A stretch of DNA of 32,000 nucleotides, taken from NCBI GenBank assembly GCA_040399065.1, contig JBBASU010000004.1, positions 47,759 to 79,758 on the forward strand, read 5' to 3'. The notes under the pieces were generated by a model, which made no database searches, was not told the origin of the DNA, and saw nothing but the letters and a program-made list of their open reading frames with translations. Within the stretch, counting starts at the first letter, position 1. Each line of letters begins with the position of its first letter. Shown here one piece after another: positions 27,092-32,000 of this stretch. Source of the DNA: Phycisphaerales bacterium. Lineage in GTDB: Bacteria > Planctomycetota > Phycisphaerae > Phycisphaerales > UBA1924. The position numbers and the translations under genes are program-made.

Positions 27092-27349
27092 CAAGCCTCC
27101 CAAAACCCCCACAACCTGAACGAACAGCCTAGCAAAGTCCACAGAAGCCGGTCATGTTTCTCGACGCCGCGTGCCTCGACCCCCTCATGACTTTGGCACG
27201 AGCGAAGCAGATTCCTGTCGTCCCAACACAGCGGGCCCCGTTTCCATCATGGAGGGGGATGCACCCCCGCCCGGAGACGGGCCGAGGGTGTGTTACGTGC
27301 GGGAGAGTCTTTGGTTCGCTTGAGTGGCCACTCGAATGGAGCAGTCGTC

Positions 27350-29305
27350 ATGAGACTTTACGTGATCTCAGCCTTCATGATCGGTTCTGCTAACTTGGCG
27401 CTCGCGCAGCCGACTCAATGGCGTACCCAGGATGGCGGGAACGGACACTGGTACCAGACCACCGGCACCACAGTGCATACGTGGGAGCAGGCCAGGGATG
27501 CGGCGATCGCGCAAGGCGGTAACCTCGTTGTCTTCACCACCGACGAGGAACATGCGTTCCTCGAAGCGAATCTCGGATGGGACGGTCCTCCGGGCCTTCA
27601 TGGGTACGTCGGACTTTACCAGGATCGAACTGCTCCCGACTATTCCGAACCGGATGGTGGCTGGAGGTGGGTGACTGGCGAGCCGCTGCAGCGATCCCCT
27701 TGGGCTGAAGGCTACCCGAACAATGATGGTGGTGGTCAAGACTATGGGATCAACTACGGTGACTTCCGACTCGATGACTGGAGCCCCGGTACCTGCTGTA
27801 CGCCCGGACTGATGACGATCGAATGGTCCGCCGACTGCAACGGCGACGGCATCGTCGATAAGGGGCAGATTCTGAGCGGTCAGTTGCCCGACGCCAACGG
27901 CAACGGTGTGCCCGACATCTGCGACATGCCACTGTCTGCGGACGTCGTCCTCGCCAGCGGCGTGAGCCCGGTCAGGGCGTACTCGGGAGGGCCGCGATAC
28001 ACCACATTCGCGGTCAATCCCTACCAGCATAATGAGTCAGTTAGTATGTTTCAAACCTTCACGGAAGCAGACTTCACAGCCGCGCAGAACGCGCCCGACG
28101 CCACCGTCCTTACCTTGCTTGGCCTTTGGAACAACTCCGGCAACGTTCCTGGCGGTTTCACAGGAGCAAACGCTGGCCCGCTGAACAGCTCTCTCGCCCG
28201 CTGGGTCCACAACAGCAGCGGCGACTATGCCGGCCAGAGTGTCCTGTTCGCGGTTCCCTTCGACGCGACGACGACGCAAGTGGACATCACGCTCTCGTTC
28301 CTCAGCGACAATGGCTTCGGGAACCGCCTCGGAGCGAACAACCAGCCGACTCCCGCGGGCTACGGGAACGATGGCGTGTTTGTGAACGGCGTGTCTCTTG
28401 GCTACTGCGCGCCGGGCGGCCCCAACCAGCCACTTCAATACGACGCGGTGAACACCATTACCTTCACAGACGTCCCCACGACGATCGGCCAGAACTGGCT
28501 CTACCTGTACCAGTTCAACTGGGGTGGCCCCGGTGGCTCGGCGTTCACGGCAGAGATCAACATGGTCGATACGCCATCCTGCCCGGTCATCACCGCGCAG
28601 CCCCAGTCCGCGGCGTGGGCACCCGGAAGCAACGTCACGTTCATGCTCGACGTCGCGGGGCCGGCCAGCGGGTTTCAGTGGCGTTTCAACGGCACTCCGC
28701 TGGCCGATGGTCCTCGCGTGTCAGGCTCCGACTCGCCCACGCTCACGATCACGAACATCCGAAACAGTGACCAGGGCTCCTACGACTGTGTTGTGACGAG
28801 TCTGTGCGATTCGATCGCCAGTGAAGTGGCGTTGCTCTCCTGCCGCCCGGTGATCGTCGCGCAGCCTCCGGCACGGGTCCCGGTCGCGCCGGGGCTTGAG
28901 ATCTCAATCTCGGTCCCCGAGGGCGCGTTCTACACGTATCGCTGGCGTCAGAACGGCCAGAATCTCTTCAACACCCCCGGCCTCCTCAGCGGCGTCACCA
29001 CCCGCACGCTGCGTCTGCTCTCCAATGACCCGTCTCTCCTCGGCGAGTACGACTGCGTTCTCACCAACTCCTGCGGTACAACGATCTCGTCCGCAACCGT
29101 GGTCTACTGCTTCGCAGACTACGACTACAACCAGGACGAGAACGTCGATCTCGTAGATGCGCAGGATCTCGCCCAGGTCTTCGTCGGTCAGCGTCAGCCG
29201 GAAGACTACTGGCTCGACGGCGACGTCAACGGCGACGAGAACGTCGATCTCACCGACGCGCAGCTCCTCGCCGCCTTCGTCGTGTCGGGAGTGTGCCCGC
29301 TCTGA
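27350..29305 (+). CDS. Secreted multidomain protein: signal peptide, C-type lectin-like domain, unknown central domain, two Ig (I-set-like) domains, C-terminal dockerin/EF-hand-like repeats
   Basis: Domains in order:
- Signal peptide MRLYVISAFMIGSANLALA|QP (ATG 27350).
- CTLD pattern HTWEQARDAAIAQGGNLVVFTTDEEHAFL...YVGLYQD...GGWRWVTGEP.
- Two repeats ending GSYDCVVTSLC and GEYDCVLTNSC.
- Terminal DENVDLVDAQDL and DVNGDENVDLTDAQLL repeats. Confidence 0.85.
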   Translation: MRLYVISAFMIGSANLALAQPTQWRTQDGGNGHWYQTTGTTVHTWEQARDAAIAQGGNLVVFTTDEEHAFLEANLGWDGPPGLHGYVGLYQDRTAPDYSEPDGGWRWVTGEPLQRSPWAEGYPNNDGGGQDYGINYGDFRLDDWSPGTCCTPGLMTIEWSADCNGDGIVDKGQILSGQLPDANGNGVPDICDMPLSADVVLASGVSPVRAYSGGPRYTTFAVNPYQHNESVSMFQTFTEADFTAAQNAPDATVLTLLGLWNNSGNVPGGFTGANAGPLNSSLARWVHNSSGDYAGQSVLFAVPFDATTTQVDITLSFLSDNGFGNRLGANNQPTPAGYGNDGVFVNGVSLGYCAPGGPNQPLQYDAVNTITFTDVPTTIGQNWLYLYQFNWGGPGGSAFTAEINMVDTPSCPVITAQPQSAAWAPGSNVTFMLDVAGPASGFQWRFNGTPLADGPRVSGSDSPTLTITNIRNSDQGSYDCVVTSLCDSIASEVALLSCRPVIVAQPPARVPVAPGLEISISVPEGAFYTYRWRQNGQNLFNTPGLLSGVTTRTLRLLSNDPSLLGEYDCVLTNSCGTTISSATVVYCFADYDYNQDENVDLVDAQDLAQVFVGQRQPEDYWLDGDVNGDENVDLTDAQLLAAFVVSGVCPL

Positions 29306-29693
29306 GGCGCCCGGTTCGAAGAGGTGCTAGCCACCCGACAAGCAGGAAGAGGCGACCCAGACAGTGCTGGAACCGGCGGAAAGAAGCCCCAGAGATTCGC
29401 GAACGGACGACATCGCGGCTTCGCGCAGGAAATCAGCCTGTCCAAAAGAAGTCCCGGTGAGGCTCAGCGAGTCATGCCCCTCGCCCAGCATCATCGAAGC
29501 GATCGAGCCCGGGTATGTTTCGGTACGAATCAACCGAACTCACGGAGCTGGCAGACACCGAGAACTCTCTGGCCGTTGCTGCTGCCGGATGGCGTTGCAC
29601 AAGCTGCGGAACCTGCAGCGAGAACATGCGACGCTTCCTCAAGCGTCGGTTGTGCTGCTACCGACACGCCACCTGGCGTGTGGGCGTGCCCGA

Positions 29694-31010
29694 CTACGCC
29701 TTGGCGGGAATGAGATCGAGCCGGTGGACATCGGCGATCATGTCGATTTGTTTGGGAGTGACCCCAGCAGTGGCTGCGAACTCCCTCCACCGCGAGACCG
29801 CCTTCGTGACCTCGCGTGCAATGGCTTCGGCGCGGCCGCGCTTCATCGATGCCGTCTCTGCAACCGCCCTGAGGTCTTCGAGCGTGAAGCCCTCCCGCTT
29901 GCCTGCCAAGCTCATCTGATGGCTCGCAGTCCACGCGCCCGAGGGGTTGAACGCGTACATGACGTCGAAGGCTGGCGAGAGCGACCATCTCCCGCTCCTG
30001 TCCATGAGGAAGGCGATGTTCTTGACGTGATCGTCCTGGTTGCGGGCGATCACGTTGAACACCATCCGTCGGTACTGCTCTTCGACGGCGTCCATCGACA
30101 GGCCCAGTCTGCGAATGACTGTCAGGGCCTGCTCATAGGAGTGTGCGACCGGATTGTTGAAGTCGAAGTGCGCCATCGCACCCAGCGACTGCATGTGGAG
30201 CTTCTCGCCGTCATCAAGCCGATCGAACCGCCGAGTCATGAAGTGGCGGCGTCCGTTCTCCTCAAAAAGTCTGCACTCGGACATCTGTATGCCCGCGGCC
30301 TTCGCCATGAGCGAGTAGGCGTACTCGATCGCACCGAACCCCTGCGGGTCGGCGAGGTCGCGGTCCTTGTTGTTGGTGACGCCATCGAACTTCATCAGCC
30401 AGTACTCGAATCCGCTCGGGGCCTTGACCTGACCTGAGCGAACCTCATTGGTCTTGGGATTCCAGGCGATGACGGCCTTGGCGCGGGCGCCGCCCGCGGA
30501 CGCGCCGACGCGGAGAATCTCGCGAAGCGCGTGCTCCTTGTCAGGGTCAGCGAATGACGCCTGAAGGTTCTCTCGGTTGCTGAGCACGTCGGAGGCGAGC
30601 GCCACGAGCGAGTCCACGTTCAGGACAGTCGAAGAGCGGCTCTGAGGTCCCTGGGCGGGCTTGAACTCCAATGCTCCGATGCCGCGCGTCCCGGTGTAGC
30701 ACAGGCGTTCGACGGCGTCGATGTCTTGGGGCAGACGCCCCTGCGCGGCAAGCCACGCATCGATCACGGCGTTGCCGAACTTGTCGGGAAGCGCATCGGC
30801 GAGCATGCCCGGCAGCCCGTGGAACGACGCCTTGGACAGGTCGGGGAAGCTGTAGATCTGTCGTGCGAGCGGCATCATGAGCGGCGCGACCTCGATCCCG
30901 CTCCGCTGGAAGGCGGTGGTGTACTCGAAGGTCGCGATCTCCCCGGGGCCATTCACGGAGACCGCGCCGATCGAACTTCCCCACAGGCGTACTTCGGCAA
31001 CTGTGCTCAC
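29694..31010 (-). CDS. hipA: HipA-family type II toxin (Ser/Thr kinase)
   Basis: N-terminal HipA coupling-domain pattern (VRLWGSSIGAVS...LPGMLADALPDKFGN). Catalytic-loop pattern NVIARNQDDHVKNIAF. The GTG start overlaps the antitoxin stop (GTGA at 31007-31010). Confidence 0.9.
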   Translation of the reverse strand: MSTVAEVRLWGSSIGAVSVNGPGEIATFEYTTAFQRSGIEVAPLMMPLARQIYSFPDLSKASFHGLPGMLADALPDKFGNAVIDAWLAAQGRLPQDIDAVERLCYTGTRGIGALEFKPAQGPQSRSSTVLNVDSLVALASDVLSNRENLQASFADPDKEHALREILRVGASAGGARAKAVIAWNPKTNEVRSGQVKAPSGFEYWLMKFDGVTNNKDRDLADPQGFGAIEYAYSLMAKAAGIQMSECRLFEENGRRHFMTRRFDRLDDGEKLHMQSLGAMAHFDFNNPVAHSYEQALTVIRRLGLSMDAVEEQYRRMVFNVIARNQDDHVKNIAFLMDRSGRWSLSPAFDVMYAFNPSGAWTASHQMSLAGKREGFTLEDLRAVAETASMKRGRAEAIAREVTKAVSRWREFAATAGVTPKQIDMIADVHRLDLIPAKA

Positions 31011-31378
31011 GGCTCACCTCCAGCCTTTGACGCTTCGTCACCCCAGCTCCACTTGGTTGGCGGCCCACTCTTCTTGGCACCCGGCGATGCACGCCGACGC
31101 TCCTTGGCTCGCGAGCGCAGCTGCTCAATCGGGCTCGGGAGCGGCGGCGGAATAAACACGTCGAGATTGCCGAGCAGGCCCAGCGCGCGGACCACGCGGA
31201 TGAGGTTGGTGACCTGGCTCGATTCGCCACTCTCCAAGCGGATCAGGGTGCGTTTGGAGACGCCCGCCTCGCGAGCCAGCTGTGCTTGGGTGAGGTTTCG
31301 CTGGAGCCGGAGTCGCGCAAGGCGATCCCCAATCTCCGCCAGAACCGCCGCGTCCGTCATTTCACGTGGCTTTGCCAT
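31007..31378 (-). CDS. hipB: HipB-like XRE-family HTH antitoxin/repressor
   Basis: HTH: LTQAQLAREAGVSKRTLIRLESGESSQVTNLIRVVRALG. I prefer ATG 31378 (MAKPREM), which has AGAGG upstream. The track's TTG start at 31396 lies inside a TATAGT -10-like box (31396-31401, minus strand). Confidence 0.85.
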   Translation of the reverse strand: MAKPREMTDAAVLAEIGDRLARLRLQRNLTQAQLAREAGVSKRTLIRLESGESSQVTNLIRVVRALGLLGNLDVFIPPPLPSPIEQLRSRAKERRRASPGAKKSGPPTKWSWGDEASKAGGEP

Positions 31379-31496
31379 AAGTGCCTCTTCTGGCAACTAT
31401 ATCGTCCAAATCGCCACAAGAGGCCAGTTCTGTCACTTTTCTTCCGTAGTACCGAAATGGACCTACCGCCGTACGAACGATCGTGGTGGTGGGGGA

Positions 31497-31748
31497 TCAT
31501 CCTCGCATCACCCTGCAAATGACACCGAAGACGTTCTTGCCGTCGCGGTCGAGCCCGTTGCCTTCGGCCACACACCGCTCAGTTCCCATGTCGCATGCAT
31601 TTCGCGGCGAGGGTGGGGCGATCGCACTCTCCTTGGGCGGCTCGCCCGGACGAGCGGCCATCCCCCCGCCCAGCAGCACGAACCCGAGCACCAACTGCAC
31701 CATCGCCACGGTTCGACTGGGATATGCGCGGGTAGGAACGTGTCGCAT
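31497..31748 (-). CDS. Doubtful small hypothetical protein with one hydrophobic segment
   Basis: MRHVPTRAYPSRTVAMVQLVLGFVLLGGGMAARPGEPPKE... shows moderate GC3 bias. No homology is recognisable. It lies between the esterase stop and the hipB promoter. Confidence 0.3.
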   Translation of the reverse strand: MRHVPTRAYPSRTVAMVQLVLGFVLLGGGMAARPGEPPKESAIAPPSPRNACDMGTERCVAEGNGLDRDGKNVFGVICRVMRG

Positions 31749-31808
31749 CGCGGCCTTGGTGAGTGGGGGCACGGGCACTCCCTTCCGGATCGAGCACACC
31801 ATACTCGC

Positions 31809-32000
31809 TCACTTGCCCGACGGTGCCGCGGGCTTGCGTGCGTGCCGCTGGAAGAACTCCCACATCAGGTCGTTGGTCGAGATGTCCTTGGTCGAGTGTC
31901 CGAGGCGGTCCAGCGGCGGCTCGCGGCCGGGCCAGGTGTGGCCGCCGCCAGTGATCTCGATGAGCACCACCTCCGCGCCGTCCTTGCCGCCCGCCCAGAT
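31809..32000 (-). CDS. C-terminal end of an alpha/beta-hydrolase, PHB-depolymerase/LpqC-like esterase (5' part lies outside the window)
   Basis: The minus-strand frame is open from 32000 to TGA (31811-31809). It translates to IWAGGKDGAEVVLIEITGGGHTWPGREPPLDRLGHSTKDISTNDLMWEFFQRHARKPAAPSGK. The GGGHTWPG...MWEFF...H pattern is typical of this esterase family's C-terminus. It is not in the ORF track because the start lies outside the window. Confidence 0.6.
   Translation of the reverse strand: MWAGGKDGAEVVLIEITGGGHTWPGREPPLDRLGHSTKDISTNDLMWEFFQRHARKPAAPSGK

Noticed and set aside
29364-30437. 357-aa ORF on the + strand
   Set aside because: It is antisense to hipA, whose frame carries the conserved HipA motifs.
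31579-31954. Track ORFs 31579..31863(-) and 31763..31954(+)
   Set aside because: They overlap the esterase C-terminal frame, which has recognisable motifs, and they are R/G/A-rich.
1-32000. Looked for CRISPR arrays, rRNA/tRNA genes, IS elements or transposases, integrases, and long direct or inverted terminal repeats
   Set aside because: None were seen by eye. The only repeats found are the 12-mer tandem at 3167-3190 and short hairpins. A computational repeat or tRNA scan was not possible here.

Overview
High-GC bacterial chromosomal window. The gene content (an ECF sigma factor paired with a Ser/Thr kinase, and a lectin/Ig/dockerin-like secreted protein) is reminiscent of Planctomycetota-type genomes, but that is inference only.

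The core (about 3.5-18.6 kb, + strand) is a complete type 1 BREX phage-defence operon. Its order is: an extra leading gene, brxA, brxB, brxC, pglX, pglZ, brxL. pglX is split into two translationally coupled ORFs exactly at the methyltransferase / target-recognition boundary. A 459-aa orphan gene follows brxL.

Left of BREX, on the minus strand, is an open frame of at least 845 codons (1..2536). It is absent from the supplied ORF track because it runs off the window edge. It has no domain I can recognise.

Right of the island, codon usage changes. There a sigma70-like promoter and a leader with the conserved SAM-I-clan riboswitch core (AUCAAGAG...GGCAACC...GGUGCCA with supporting helices) precede three orphan ORFs and metK.

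The rest of the window holds:
- a convergent Ser/Thr kinase-TPR gene with its ECF sigma factor
- a secreted C-type-lectin/Ig/dockerin-like protein
- a hipBA toxin-antitoxin pair
- a doubtful small ORF
- the 3' end of a PHB-depolymerase-like esterase, also missing from the ORF track

I saw no rRNA, tRNA, CRISPR array, transposase or integrase. All family assignments come from motif recognition and synteny by eye. No searches were run.
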